64,000 nucleotides of DNA from Acholeplasmatales bacterium (GTDB lineage: Bacteria > Bacillota_I > Bacilli_A > Acholeplasmatales > Anaeroplasmataceae). The stretch is from assembly GCA_024697825.1 (NCBI GenBank), contig JAILEP010000043.1, positions 9,176-73,175 of the forward strand. The letters are read 5' to 3'. The notes below the pieces were generated by a model. It was not told the origin of the DNA, searched no databases, and saw nothing but the letters and a program-made list of their open reading frames with translations. Of this stretch, positions 9,257 through 19,566 are shown piece by piece. How positions within the stretch are numbered: the stretch's first letter is position 1; each line of letters begins with the position of its first letter. Position numbers and translations under genes: made by a program.

Positions 9257-10756
9257 GTGACACAAGTAAAAGACTTACCTTTAATTCAAGAGGTAGAAAA
9301 GACAGTAAAGAGACCTGTAAAGATTTTACAGTTTGGTGAAGGAAATTTCCTTCGTGCATTCATTGATTGGATTATCAATTCAGCTAACAAGGCTGGTTCA
9401 TTCGATGGTGGCGTTGCAATCGTTCAGCCAATTGCTCAGTTCGGTAGAGCAAAGGAATTAGCTGATGCTAATTGCTTATACACATTATACTTACAGGGTT
9501 TACAGGATGGTAAGGCAGTAAGACAGCATGAGGTAATCAAGACTGTTCAGGATGCTTTCAATCCATATACAGATTATGAAAAGTTCTTAGCATATGCTGT
9601 ATCTGATGATTTACAGTGTGTTATTTCTAACACAACTGAGGCTGGTATCGCATTCGATCCAACTGATACAAATTTCTCTAAGACTCCAAATTCTTATCCA
9701 GGTAAGCTATTAGCTTTATTAAAGGCTAGATATGAAGCTGGTAAGAAGGGTATCTTCATCGTTCCATGTGAGTTAATTGACCACAATGGTGAAACATTAA
9801 AGGAAGTAATGGTTAAGCTAGCTAAGCACAATAACTTTGATGCTAAGTTCATTAACTATGTTGAAAATGAAAACATGTATTTCAATACATTAGTAGATAG
9901 AATTGTTCCAGGTTATCCAAGAGACAACGCTGAGCAGTTCCAGTTAGATTTAGGCTACCAGGATCAGAACATGGTTGTTGGTGAAATCTTCCACTTATGG
10001 TGTATTGATGCTCAGACAGTTGCTGACCAGAAGGTTGCTAAGGCTAATCTTGAAGCTTTAAAGAAGTTCTTAGGTACTGAAGCTGCTGGCTTAAATGTAT
10101 TATTCGTAGATTCAATCGTTCCTTACAAGCAGAGAAAGGTTAAGATTCTTAACGGTTCTCATACTACATTAGTTCCAGTTTCTTATTTAGCTGGTATCGA
10201 TGCAGTTAAGGAAACTATTGAAGATCCACAGTTAGGTAAGTTCGTTAAGGAATTCATCTTCGACGAAGTTATCCCTACAATTGACATTCCAAGAGATCAG
10301 ATGGAAGCATATTCTAATTCAGTATTAGAAAGATATATGAACCCATATGTTCATCATTTATTAATGTCAATCGCATTAAACTCTTCAACTAAGTATAAGG
10401 AAAGAGTATTACCTTCTGTATTACAGAACATCCAGAACCTAAATACTTTACCTAAGCATGCATTATTCTCATTAGCTGCTTTAATGGTATTCTATAGAGG
10501 TACTAGATTATCTGATAATGCACAGATTGCTATCCAGGATACTAACCAGCCATTCTTAGATTTAATCAACGGCTTATGGGCTCAGTATGATAAGGATAAG
10601 AATGCTAACGCATTAGTAACTGCAGTGCTAGGATATAAGGCTCACTGGGGTGTTGACTTAAATGAATTCGATGATGTTAACGAATATGTTACTGCATCAT
10701 TAGAAGCAATCTTAGCTAAGGGCATTAGAGAAGCAATTAAGGAAATTGTTGATTAA
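9257..10756 (+). CDS. uxaB: Tagaturonate reductase (altronate oxidoreductase)
   Basis: ILQFGEGNFLRAF, SNTTEAGI, PCELI, TLVDRIVPGYP, KVKILNGSHT. GTG start behind ggaggt. Confidence 0.95.
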   Translation: MTQVKDLPLIQEVEKTVKRPVKILQFGEGNFLRAFIDWIINSANKAGSFDGGVAIVQPIAQFGRAKELADANCLYTLYLQGLQDGKAVRQHEVIKTVQDAFNPYTDYEKFLAYAVSDDLQCVISNTTEAGIAFDPTDTNFSKTPNSYPGKLLALLKARYEAGKKGIFIVPCELIDHNGETLKEVMVKLAKHNNFDAKFINYVENENMYFNTLVDRIVPGYPRDNAEQFQLDLGYQDQNMVVGEIFHLWCIDAQTVADQKVAKANLEALKKFLGTEAAGLNVLFVDSIVPYKQRKVKILNGSHTTLVPVSYLAGIDAVKETIEDPQLGKFVKEFIFDEVIPTIDIPRDQMEAYSNSVLERYMNPYVHHLLMSIALNSSTKYKERVLPSVLQNIQNLNTLPKHALFSLAALMVFYRGTRLSDNAQIAIQDTNQPFLDLINGLWAQYDKDKNANALVTAVLGYKAHWGVDLNEFDDVNEYVTASLEAILAKGIREAIKEIVD

Positions 10757-10810
10757 TTTTGAGTAAATAATAAAAAACATAAGAAAATATTGTTAGGATA
10801 GGTGATTAAA

Positions 10811-12298
10811 ATGAAGGATTATATCATTATTAACCCGCTTGATAATGTTGCCGTATGTCTTCGTGAGCATAAAGCTGGCGAAGTTATTGAAGGGGTTACA
10901 TTATTACAGGCTGTTCCAAGAGCACACAAGGTTGCTCTAAGAGACATCAAAAAAGGAGAAAACATCATAAAGTATGGCTGCCCAATCGGTCATGCAACTG
11001 CTGACATTGTAACAGGTGAATGGGTACATACTCATAATGTTGCTACAAACCTTGATGATGTAATCACCTATAAGTATGAACCTGAATATCCACCAGTACT
11101 AGGTTATAAGGATACTAAGAGAACTGTTGACGTTTATGAGCGTAAGAACGGTCAGTATGGTGTAAGAAATGAGCTTTGGATTGTCCAGACTGTTGGATGT
11201 ATCTCTGGTAATGCTCATAGAATTATTCAGGAATTTAAGAAGAGACATGATGCATCAGATATCGATGGTGTATTTACATTCAATCATCCATTTGGCTGTA
11301 GCCAGATGGGTGGTGACCTTGACATGACTCGTACAATCTTGACTGATATGACTATCCATCCAAATGCTGGTGGTGTATTAGTATTGGGTTTAGGTTGCGA
11401 GGAAAACCAGATGCCTAAGTTCATTGAAACTTTAGAAAAGCTTGGTTATGACAAGGAAAGAACTAGATTCTTAGTTTCTCAGGAAACAGAAGATGAAATT
11501 GAAGACGGTGTTAAGCTATTAGAAGAGCTTTATGAGAAGATGAGGTACGATAAGCGTGTCACACGTCCTCTATCTGTATTAAAGATTGGTCTTAAGTGTG
11601 GTGGTTCTGATGGTATGTCAGGTATCACTGCGAACCCATTACTTGGTAGACTTTCTGACTTCTTATCAATTAATGGCGCTACAACTTGTTTAGGTGAAGT
11701 ACCTGAAATGTTCGGTGCTGAGCAGCTATTAATGGCTCGTGCTAAGGACCAGGCAACTTTCGACGAGATTGTAAAGCTTATCAACGATTTCAAGATTTAT
11801 TTTAAGAATCATCATCAGGTTATTTATGATAACCCATCTCCAGGTAATAAGGCTGGAGGTATCACAACTCTAGAGGATAAGTCTCTTGGATGTACACAAA
11901 AGGGTGGTGCATCTAAGGTTAATGGTGTTATTGAAATGGGTGGTTTAATCAAGGAAAAGGGATTAAATCTAATTTCTACTCCAGGTAATGACCTATGTGC
12001 TTGTACAACATTAGCTGCAGCAGGCGTACAGATGGTATTATTCACAACTGGTAGAGGTACACCATTCGGAACATTCGTTCCTACAATGAAGATTGCAACT
12101 AATACAGATCTTGCAACAAAGAAGTCTAACTGGATTGATTACAATGCAGGCGACCTTGTTGATAAGAAGGATATGGATCAGTTACTTGAGGACTTCATTG
12201 ATTTAGTTTGCGATGTTGCATCAGGCAAGAAGCAGGCTAAGAATGAACAGAATGAATTCAGAGAAATTTCTATCTTCAAAGATGGAGTTATGTTATAA
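10811..12298 (+). CDS. uxaA: Altronate dehydratase
   Basis: N-terminal SAF domain (HKVAL…KYG.PIG…HTHN), HPFGCSQ, GLKCGGSDG, NPSPGNKAGGITTLEDKSLG, FTTGRGTP. Confidence 0.95.
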   Translation: MKDYIIINPLDNVAVCLREHKAGEVIEGVTLLQAVPRAHKVALRDIKKGENIIKYGCPIGHATADIVTGEWVHTHNVATNLDDVITYKYEPEYPPVLGYKDTKRTVDVYERKNGQYGVRNELWIVQTVGCISGNAHRIIQEFKKRHDASDIDGVFTFNHPFGCSQMGGDLDMTRTILTDMTIHPNAGGVLVLGLGCEENQMPKFIETLEKLGYDKERTRFLVSQETEDEIEDGVKLLEELYEKMRYDKRVTRPLSVLKIGLKCGGSDGMSGITANPLLGRLSDFLSINGATTCLGEVPEMFGAEQLLMARAKDQATFDEIVKLINDFKIYFKNHHQVIYDNPSPGNKAGGITTLEDKSLGCTQKGGASKVNGVIEMGGLIKEKGLNLISTPGNDLCACTTLAAAGVQMVLFTTGRGTPFGTFVPTMKIATNTDLATKKSNWIDYNAGDLVDKKDMDQLLEDFIDLVCDVASGKKQAKNEQNEFREISIFKDGVML

Positions 12299-12328
12299 AA
12301 GAAAGTTAAAATAAAAGGAGAATATCAA

Positions 12329-13762
12329 ATGAAAGACTTTATGGATAAGGACTTCTTATTAACTACTGAAACAGCTAAGAAGTTATATCATGAACATGCA
12401 GAAAACATGCCAATTATTGACTATCACTGCCATCTTCAGCCAAAGGAAATCGCTGAAGACAAGAAGTTCCGTAACCTTGCAGAAGCTTGGTTAGGTGCTG
12501 GTGATAGATATGGTGATCACTATAAGTGGAGAGCACTTCGTGCTAGAGGTTATCAGGAAGATTCTATTTCTGGTAATATCCCTGGTAAGTCACTTGAGGA
12601 ATCTGATTATCAGAAGTATTTACAGTTCTGCGAATCTATGCCTTATTTCGTAGGTAACCCACTATATCATTGGTCTCACCTAGAATTAAGAAGATATTTC
12701 GGTATCGATGACATCATCAATGCTGAAAATGCAAAGACAATTTGGGACAAGGCAAACAAGAAGCTTGAAACTTTAACAGCAAGAGAAATGCTTTATAAGT
12801 TCAAGGTTGATACAGTTTGTACAACAGATGACCCAGTTGATGATTTACATTGGCATAAGCAGATGAATGCTGATAAGACTTTAAAGGTTAAGGTTAGACC
12901 TGCATTCCGTCCTGATAAGGCTATTAATGTTGAATTAGATTGGTTCCCTACTTGGGTTAACCAGTTATCTACAGTTGTTGGTTATAAGATTGAATCATTA
13001 AATGATTTAACTAAGGCCTTAGCTGAAAGAATTGATTTCTTCCATTCTATGGGTTCTCGTTTATCTGATCACGCTCTAGATACAGTAAACTACGCTCCAG
13101 CTACATATGATGAGGCTAACGCTGTATTCTTAAAGGGTATGAAGAACGAGCCAGTTTCTATCGAAGAACAGGATAAGTATAAGGGTTATATCTTATTATT
13201 CTTAGGTAAGGAATATACAAAGCATGGCTGGACTCAGCAGTACCATATCGGTGCTTTAAGAAACAACTCTAAGTCTATGCTTAAGAAGATCGGACCAGAT
13301 ACTGGTTTCGATGCAATTGAAGATTCAGTATTTATCGAAAAGTTATCTGCATTACTTGGTGCTTTAGACGCTGCAGATTCTCTTCCTAAGACTATTCTTT
13401 ACAACTTAAATCCACGTGATAACTATGCATTAATGGTATTAGCTGGATGCTTCCAGAAGGAAGGCGTTCAGAACCGTGTTCAGGTTGGTACAGCTTGGTG
13501 GTTCTTAGATCAGCAGGATGGTATGAGACAGAATATGGAAACAATGATGCAGGTTGCTATCATTTCACAGACAGTAGGTATGTTAACTGACTCTCGTTCA
13601 TTCTTAGCATATCCTCGTCATGAATACTATAGACGTTTATTATGTCAGATGTTAGGTAACTTAGTTGAATCTGGTCAGTATCCAGCTTCTGAATTACCTA
13701 GACTTGGACAGATTGTAGAAGATATCTGCTACAATAACGCTAAGAAGTATTTCGGATTCTAA
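12329..13762 (+). CDS. uxaC: Glucuronate/galacturonate isomerase
   Basis: PIIDYHCHL, GDHYKWR, CTTDDP, WWFLDQ, GMLTDSRSFLAYPRHEYYRR. Confidence 0.97.
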   Translation: MKDFMDKDFLLTTETAKKLYHEHAENMPIIDYHCHLQPKEIAEDKKFRNLAEAWLGAGDRYGDHYKWRALRARGYQEDSISGNIPGKSLEESDYQKYLQFCESMPYFVGNPLYHWSHLELRRYFGIDDIINAENAKTIWDKANKKLETLTAREMLYKFKVDTVCTTDDPVDDLHWHKQMNADKTLKVKVRPAFRPDKAINVELDWFPTWVNQLSTVVGYKIESLNDLTKALAERIDFFHSMGSRLSDHALDTVNYAPATYDEANAVFLKGMKNEPVSIEEQDKYKGYILLFLGKEYTKHGWTQQYHIGALRNNSKSMLKKIGPDTGFDAIEDSVFIEKLSALLGALDAADSLPKTILYNLNPRDNYALMVLAGCFQKEGVQNRVQVGTAWWFLDQQDGMRQNMETMMQVAIISQTVGMLTDSRSFLAYPRHEYYRRLLCQMLGNLVESGQYPASELPRLGQIVEDICYNNAKKYFGF

Positions 13763-13774
13763 TAAAGCAAACAT

Positions 13775-13800
13775 GAGTCTATCTTTGGGTAGACTCTTTT
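13775..13800 (+). terminator. Intrinsic terminator of uxaBAC
   Basis: gagtcta-tctttggg-tagactctttt. Confidence 0.75.
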
Positions 13801-13848
13801 GTTTTTGTTATGATATAATAGTTATGTATTTTTTTGGAGGTAGTAGGT

Positions 13849-15012
13849 ATGTTTATCACAGATGATGTTAAATATATTGGTGTTGATGACCACAAGATTG
13901 ATTTATTTGAGGGACAGTATATTGTACCAGAGGGTATGTCATATAATTCATATGTAATTATGGATGAAAAAATTGCGGTTTTAGACACAGTTGATTGGGA
14001 TTTTAGAGAAGAATGGCTTAATAATTTAAAAGCTGTTTTAAACGGAAAAAAACCTGATTATTTAGTTGTTCACCATATGGAGTGTGATCACTCTTCAGTA
14101 ATTGGTGATTTTGTAAAGGAATATCCAGATGCTACAGTAGTTTCATCTAATGCAGCATTTAATATGATGAAAAATATTTATGGTGCTACATTTGAGCCTA
14201 AGAAGCAGGTTGTAAAGGATGGCGATATCCTAGAATTAGGTAAGCATTCATTACAGTTTGTAACTGCTCCTAATGTTCATTGGCCTGAGGTTATTTTCTC
14301 TTATGATAAGACAGATAAAATTTTATTCTCAGCTGATGCCTTTGGTAAATTTGGTGCATTAGATTTTGATGACCCAGAGGGCTGGGCTTGTGAAGCTAGA
14401 AGATATTATTTTGGTATTGTAGGTAAGTTTGGTGTCAATGTTCAGGCAGCCTTAAAGAAGGTTTCTGCCTTTGATATTAAGACAATCTGCTCACTACATG
14501 GCCCAATTTTAAATGATGATATTAGCTATTATGTTAATTTATATGATACTTGGTCTAAGTATGAGCCAGAGGAAAAGGGTGTAACTATTGCTTATTCTTC
14601 AGTATATGGCAATACTAAGGAAGCTGTTTTATTTCTAGAAGAGGAATTAAAGAAGAGAAATGTGGAGGTTTCTGTATTTGATTTAGCTCGTGATGATCAA
14701 GCAGAGGCTGTTGAGGACGCATTCAAATTAGATAGACTTGTCCTTGCTACAACTACATATAATGGTGGTATTTTCCCTTGTATGAAGACATTTATTGACC
14801 ATTTACTTGATCATAATTATCAAAATAGAACCATTTCATTCATTGAAAATGGTATGTGGGCACCACAGGCTATGAAGCATATGAAGGCTTTAACTGATAC
14901 ATTAAAGAATATCACTTACACAGCTAATAATGTAACTATTAAGGGTGCAACTAATGATTTAGTTAAGGAAAATCTTTCTAAGCTTGCAGATGAATTAAAG
15001 GAATTAAATTAA
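13849..15012 (+). CDS. fprA: FprA-family flavodiiron protein (A-type flavoprotein)
   Basis: FEGQY…GMSYNSY, HMECDH, HWPE, SADAFGKFG, HG, then a flavodoxin domain (AYSSVYGNT). Extended -10 at 13811-13819. Confidence 0.9.
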   Translation: MFITDDVKYIGVDDHKIDLFEGQYIVPEGMSYNSYVIMDEKIAVLDTVDWDFREEWLNNLKAVLNGKKPDYLVVHHMECDHSSVIGDFVKEYPDATVVSSNAAFNMMKNIYGATFEPKKQVVKDGDILELGKHSLQFVTAPNVHWPEVIFSYDKTDKILFSADAFGKFGALDFDDPEGWACEARRYYFGIVGKFGVNVQAALKKVSAFDIKTICSLHGPILNDDISYYVNLYDTWSKYEPEEKGVTIAYSSVYGNTKEAVLFLEEELKKRNVEVSVFDLARDDQAEAVEDAFKLDRLVLATTTYNGGIFPCMKTFIDHLLDHNYQNRTISFIENGMWAPQAMKHMKALTDTLKNITYTANNVTIKGATNDLVKENLSKLADELKELN

Positions 15013-15014
15013 TT

Positions 15015-15485
15015 ATGGATGAACGTGATTTAGTTAATTTATTAATTGAAAAAAAGTTGTTTATTACAACTGCAGAATCATGTACAGGTGGTTTAGTTGC
15101 CGCATCTATTGTCAGTGTACCTGATGCCTCTAAGGTTTTAAAGGAGGCCTATGTTACCTACGCAGCTGAATCTAAAACTAAGCTTTTAGGAGTAGATCCT
15201 AAAACTATTGAAAAATACAATGTTGTTTCAGAAGAGGTAGCGAAGGAAATGGCCTTTGGGGCTAAGCTTTCATCAAATAGTGATGTTGCAATATCAGTTA
15301 CAGGTATGGCCGGACCATCAAGTGATGGAATAATTGATGTAGGTACTGTATGCTTCGGTGTAGTAACTAATAAGACATATAAGACTACTACCGTAAAATT
15401 TGGCAATTTAGGACGTAATGTTGTTCGTGCTAAGGCTACAGTTTTTGCCATAGAATTTGCTTATCAGGTATTAAAGGATGAATAA
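15015..15485 (+). CDS. pncC: CinA C-terminal domain protein (nicotinamide-mononucleotide amidohydrolase)
   Basis: TAESCTGG, VVSEEVAKEMA, ISVTGMAGP. Confidence 0.85.
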   Translation: MDERDLVNLLIEKKLFITTAESCTGGLVAASIVSVPDASKVLKEAYVTYAAESKTKLLGVDPKTIEKYNVVSEEVAKEMAFGAKLSSNSDVAISVTGMAGPSSDGIIDVGTVCFGVVTNKTYKTTTVKFGNLGRNVVRAKATVFAIEFAYQVLKDE

Positions 15486-15894
15486 ATTACAAAAGATATT
15501 AGTTATTACAATAAGTGCATTATTATCCCTTGGAATTATCATTTTAAATATCGTAATGAATTTTTCAGAATTAGCTTATAAAATATCATTATGGATCATT
15601 CCAGGTATTGCCTTTATTAATCTAATTTTAATTGCAATATTTGAATATAAAACTGATTACAAATCTAAAAGATTTACACTTATGATGCATATATCATATG
15701 CAGTAGTAGCTGTATTATTTCAGTATTTAGAAAAATACTTAGAACGCTTTGATTCTTTAAAGGTAATGTATTATTGCTTAACTCTTGGGCTTGTTTTAAT
15801 AGTTATTATTTTATTCAATATTTTGAATGCTAAATTACCTGAGAAAAAGCCTGAAATTAATCCTAATAATTTAAAAAATAGGGGACAGAAATAG
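15478..15894 (+). CDS. Hypothetical membrane protein (about 4 TM)
   Basis: Four hydrophobic stretches. Overlaps the pncC stop. Confidence 0.7.
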   Translation: MNKLQKILVITISALLSLGIIILNIVMNFSELAYKISLWIIPGIAFINLILIAIFEYKTDYKSKRFTLMMHISYAVVAVLFQYLEKYLERFDSLKVMYYCLTLGLVLIVIILFNILNAKLPEKKPEINPNNLKNRGQK

Positions 15895-15913
15895 TTGATT
15901 TCTGTCTCTTTTT
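15883..15913 (+). terminator. Intrinsic terminator
   Basis: ggacagaaat-agttg-atttctgtct followed by ctttttt. Confidence 0.65.
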
Positions 15914-15984
15914 AAATCTCTAGTGGAAATTAATTCCGTTTTGTATTAAAATGGTTATACGTATTGAAAGAAAGGAGTGGTAGT

Positions 15985-16941
15985 ATGCCAATCATTATAC
16001 CAAAGGATATTCCCGCATATGACATTTTAAATGGAGAGAATGTCTTTGTCATGCATACAGAGCGTGCTAGCACTCAGGATATCAGACCCGTTGATATTTT
16101 AATACTTAATCTAATGCCTACAAAGATTGTGACAGAAACACAATTTGCTAGACTTTTAGCAAATACATGCTTACAGGTAAATCTTACATTTATTATGCCA
16201 AGTGAGCATGTTTCTAAGAATACTGACAAGTCACATTTAGACAAGTTCTATACAACCTTTGATAAGGTAAAAAATAAGCATTTCGACGGCATGGTTGTGA
16301 CTGGTGCGCCAGTTGAGCAGATGCCATTTGAGGACGTTGATTATTGGAAGGAATTAACTGAGATTTTCGAATTCTCAAAGACTAATGTAACTTCAACTAT
16401 TTTTGTTTGCTGGGGAGCACAGGCAGCTCTATATTATTTCTATGGCATCCAAAAGCATCCACTTGATAAGAAGCTTTTTGGTATTTATCCTCATAGAAAG
16501 GCTGTTATTAATGAAGTTTTATTAAACGGAATTGATGATGTTTTCTATATTCCTCAGTCTAGACACACTTATAATTATGATGCAGATTTAAGAGGAAATG
16601 AGCATTTAATTCCTCTTGCACATTCTGAATTATGCGGAACAACTATCCTAAAAAGTGATAAGTATAATCAATTCTTTATTACTGGTCATTTAGAATATGA
16701 TAAGGATACATTAAAGAACGAATACGAAAGAGATTTAAATAAGGGCTTACCAATTGAAAAGCCATTTAATTATTTCTCTGAAAATGGTGATATTGATGTA
16801 AAGTGGAGAAGCACTGCGAATATTTTATATTCTAACTGGTTAAATTATTATGTTTACCAGATTACTCCATTTAAATTTAAGGCACCTAAGCTTAAGAAAA
16901 AGGAATTTAATAGTGAGCTTGAGAATAGTGGACGTGAATAG
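15985..16941 (+). CDS. metA: Homoserine O-acyltransferase (MetA family), probably acetyl-specific
   Basis: ILNLMPTK, TGAPVE (Glu at the acetyl/succinyl determinant position), VCWGAQA, PQSRH, GHLEYD. Start moved to ATG 15985 behind aaggag. Confidence 0.93.
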   Translation: MPIIIPKDIPAYDILNGENVFVMHTERASTQDIRPVDILILNLMPTKIVTETQFARLLANTCLQVNLTFIMPSEHVSKNTDKSHLDKFYTTFDKVKNKHFDGMVVTGAPVEQMPFEDVDYWKELTEIFEFSKTNVTSTIFVCWGAQAALYYFYGIQKHPLDKKLFGIYPHRKAVINEVLLNGIDDVFYIPQSRHTYNYDADLRGNEHLIPLAHSELCGTTILKSDKYNQFFITGHLEYDKDTLKNEYERDLNKGLPIEKPFNYFSENGDIDVKWRSTANILYSNWLNYYVYQITPFKFKAPKLKKKEFNSELENSGRE

Positions 16942-16953
16942 CACGTCCATTTT
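16929..16953 (+). terminator. Intrinsic terminator of metA
   Basis: tggacgtg-aatag-cacgtcca-tttt. Confidence 0.7.
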
Positions 16954-17117
16954 CGTTTTGTAAAGTCAAACTAATTGCGATATTTTGCCTATTAAATAAT
17001 AAATTATTTAAGTAAGTTAATTATAACTTACGAAATTTTGCGTAAATACTACAAAAAAGCAAACTTTTATGATAAAATGCTAAAAGGAGTTTTATTATAT
17101 TCCGGAGGTATTTAGGT

Positions 17118-19541
17118 ATGAGTGAATTCAATCATAAGAAAATTGAAAAGAAGTGGCAGGAATACTGGGCTGAGCATGAGACATTCAAAACAGATGTTTG
17201 GGATTTCTCTAAGCCAAAGTTCTATGCTTTAGATATGTTCCCATATCCATCAGGAGTTGGTCTTCACGCAGGTCATCCAGAGGGATATACAGCAACAGAT
17301 ATAATCTCAAGAATGAAGAGAATGCAGGGCTATAATGTATTACACCCAATGGGCTATGATTCATTTGGTCTTCCTGCAGAGCAGTATGCAATCAATACTG
17401 GTAACCATCCAGAAGGATTTACACAGAAGAATATTGAGACATTTACTAAGCAGCTTAAGGAATTAGGCTTTGACTATGACTGGTCAAAGTGTATTTCTAC
17501 ATCTGATCCTAAGTTCTATCACTGGACACAGTGGATTTTTAAGAACCTATATGAGGATGGATATGCTAAGTATATCGATATGCCAGTTAACTGGTGTGAG
17601 GAGTTAGGTACAGTTTTATCTAACGATGAGGTTATCGATGGCAAGTCAGAGCGTGGTGGCTTCCCTGTAGTAAGAAAGAATATGAAGCAGTGGGTTATTG
17701 ACCAGCCTGCATTTGCAGAGCAGCTTTTAGAGGGCTTAAATGAAATTGACTGGCCAGAATCTACAAAGGAAATGCAGAGAAACTGGATTGGTAAGTCTAC
17801 TGGTGTAGAGGTTGATTTTGAAATCGTTGATGGTGGCAAGTTCTCAATTTATACAACATGTATTGAAACAATCTATGGTATCACATTCATGGTTTTAGCA
17901 CCAGAGGGTGATATTGTTAAACAGCTAATGCCTAGAATTGAAAACAAGGAAGAGGTTTTAGCTTATATTGATGCAGCATCTAAGAAGAGTGAGCTTGAAA
18001 GAACAGAGCTTAATAAGACTAAGACAGGCTGTCAGCTAAAGGGTCTTTACTGTATTAACCCAGTTAATGGTAAGAAGGTACCACTTTTTATTGGTGACTT
18101 CGTACTTGCTAACTATGGTACAGGTGCAGTTATGGCAGTTCCAAGCCATGACCAAAGAGACTTTGAATATGCAGTCGCACATAATATTCCAATGATTCAG
18201 GTTATTGATGGTGCTGATGTATCAGAGCATGCATTTGAAAAGCAGGATTATTTAGGTAAGGGTTGCAAGCTTTTAAATTCAGAAGAATTCACAGGCTTAA
18301 CTGTAGAAGAGGCAAAGGAAGCAATTACTGCTAAGCTTGAAAAGCAGGGTGTTGCAAGACGTACTGTTAATTACAAGTTCCGTGAATGGATTTTTGCAAG
18401 ACAGAGATATTGGGGTGAGCCAGTTCCAGTAGTTCATACAGAGGATGGTAAGATTTATACATTACCTGATGATGAATTACCTTTAATTCTTCCTGAGCTT
18501 GAGGATTATAAGGGTAAGAATGGTAAGGCACCTCTTGAAAATGCAGAAGAGTGGAAGCATTATAACGCTCATGGTGTTAAGGGCTTAAGAGAAACATCAA
18601 CTATGCCAGGTTCAGCTGGTTCAAGCTGGTATTTCTTAAGATATATTGATCCAGATAATGATAAGGAACTAGCTAATAAGGAATTATTAAAGCACTGGAT
18701 GCCAGTTGATTTATATATTGGTGGTCCTGAGCATGCAGTAGGTCATTTAATGTATTCTAGAATCTGGAATAGATATTTATATGACAAGGGTATCGCTCCA
18801 ACTAAGGAACCATTTAAGAAGCTAGTTCATCAGGGTATGATTTTAGGCTCAAATGGTATTAAGATGGGTAAGAGATTCCCTGAATTCGTAGTAAACCCTA
18901 GTGATATCGTAAGAGAATACGGCGCAGATACATTACGTTTATATGAAATGTTCATGGGTCCACTTGAGGCATCAAAGCCTTGGAGCCAGGAAGGTGTAGA
19001 AGGCGCTAGACGTTTCATTGACCGTGTATTTAGACTTGTAGTTGATTATAAGGACAAGTTCACTAAGGAATATGATGCAGGATTAGAAAAGATTTATCAT
19101 AAGACTGTAAAGAAGGTTACAGAGGATTATGAAGCTTTAGCATTTAATACAGCAATTTCTCAGCTAATGATTTTTGTAAATGAATGCTATAAGGCAGAAA
19201 AGATTTATATTGGATTTATCGAAGGCTTAGTACAGCTATTATCACCTGTTACTCCTCATATTTGTGAGGAATTATGGCAGGAGCTTGGTCATAATGAAAC
19301 TATCGCTTATTCAAAGTGGCCTGAATTTGATGAAGCTAAGACAGTAGATAATGAAATCACTTATGCAGTATCAACTAATGGTAAGTTTAGAGATAAGCTT
19401 ATGGTACCAGCTGATATGGCTAAGGATGAAATTCTTGCAAAGGCTAAGGCTTTACCAAAGGTTCTAGCTCAGCTAGAAGGAAAGACAATCGTTAAGGAAA
19501 TTGTTGTTCCAGGAAAGATTGTAAATATCGTAATTAAGTAA
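17118..19541 (+). CDS. leuS: Leucine--tRNA ligase
   Basis: LDMFPYPSGVGLHAGH (HIGH), GTGAVMAVPSHDQRD, RQRYWG, YIGGPEHAVGHL. KMSKS position reads KMGKR. Confidence 0.97.
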   Translation: MSEFNHKKIEKKWQEYWAEHETFKTDVWDFSKPKFYALDMFPYPSGVGLHAGHPEGYTATDIISRMKRMQGYNVLHPMGYDSFGLPAEQYAINTGNHPEGFTQKNIETFTKQLKELGFDYDWSKCISTSDPKFYHWTQWIFKNLYEDGYAKYIDMPVNWCEELGTVLSNDEVIDGKSERGGFPVVRKNMKQWVIDQPAFAEQLLEGLNEIDWPESTKEMQRNWIGKSTGVEVDFEIVDGGKFSIYTTCIETIYGITFMVLAPEGDIVKQLMPRIENKEEVLAYIDAASKKSELERTELNKTKTGCQLKGLYCINPVNGKKVPLFIGDFVLANYGTGAVMAVPSHDQRDFEYAVAHNIPMIQVIDGADVSEHAFEKQDYLGKGCKLLNSEEFTGLTVEEAKEAITAKLEKQGVARRTVNYKFREWIFARQRYWGEPVPVVHTEDGKIYTLPDDELPLILPELEDYKGKNGKAPLENAEEWKHYNAHGVKGLRETSTMPGSAGSSWYFLRYIDPDNDKELANKELLKHWMPVDLYIGGPEHAVGHLMYSRIWNRYLYDKGIAPTKEPFKKLVHQGMILGSNGIKMGKRFPEFVVNPSDIVREYGADTLRLYEMFMGPLEASKPWSQEGVEGARRFIDRVFRLVVDYKDKFTKEYDAGLEKIYHKTVKKVTEDYEALAFNTAISQLMIFVNECYKAEKIYIGFIEGLVQLLSPVTPHICEELWQELGHNETIAYSKWPEFDEAKTVDNEITYAVSTNGKFRDKLMVPADMAKDEILAKAKALPKVLAQLEGKTIVKEIVVPGKIVNIVIK

Positions 19542-19566
19542 AATAATTTGAATTGAGGCGTTATTC

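Noticed and set aside
16942-17117. Possible T-box upstream of leuS
   Set aside because: No GGTGGNACCGCG motif or terminator/antiterminator in the 176-bp gap.
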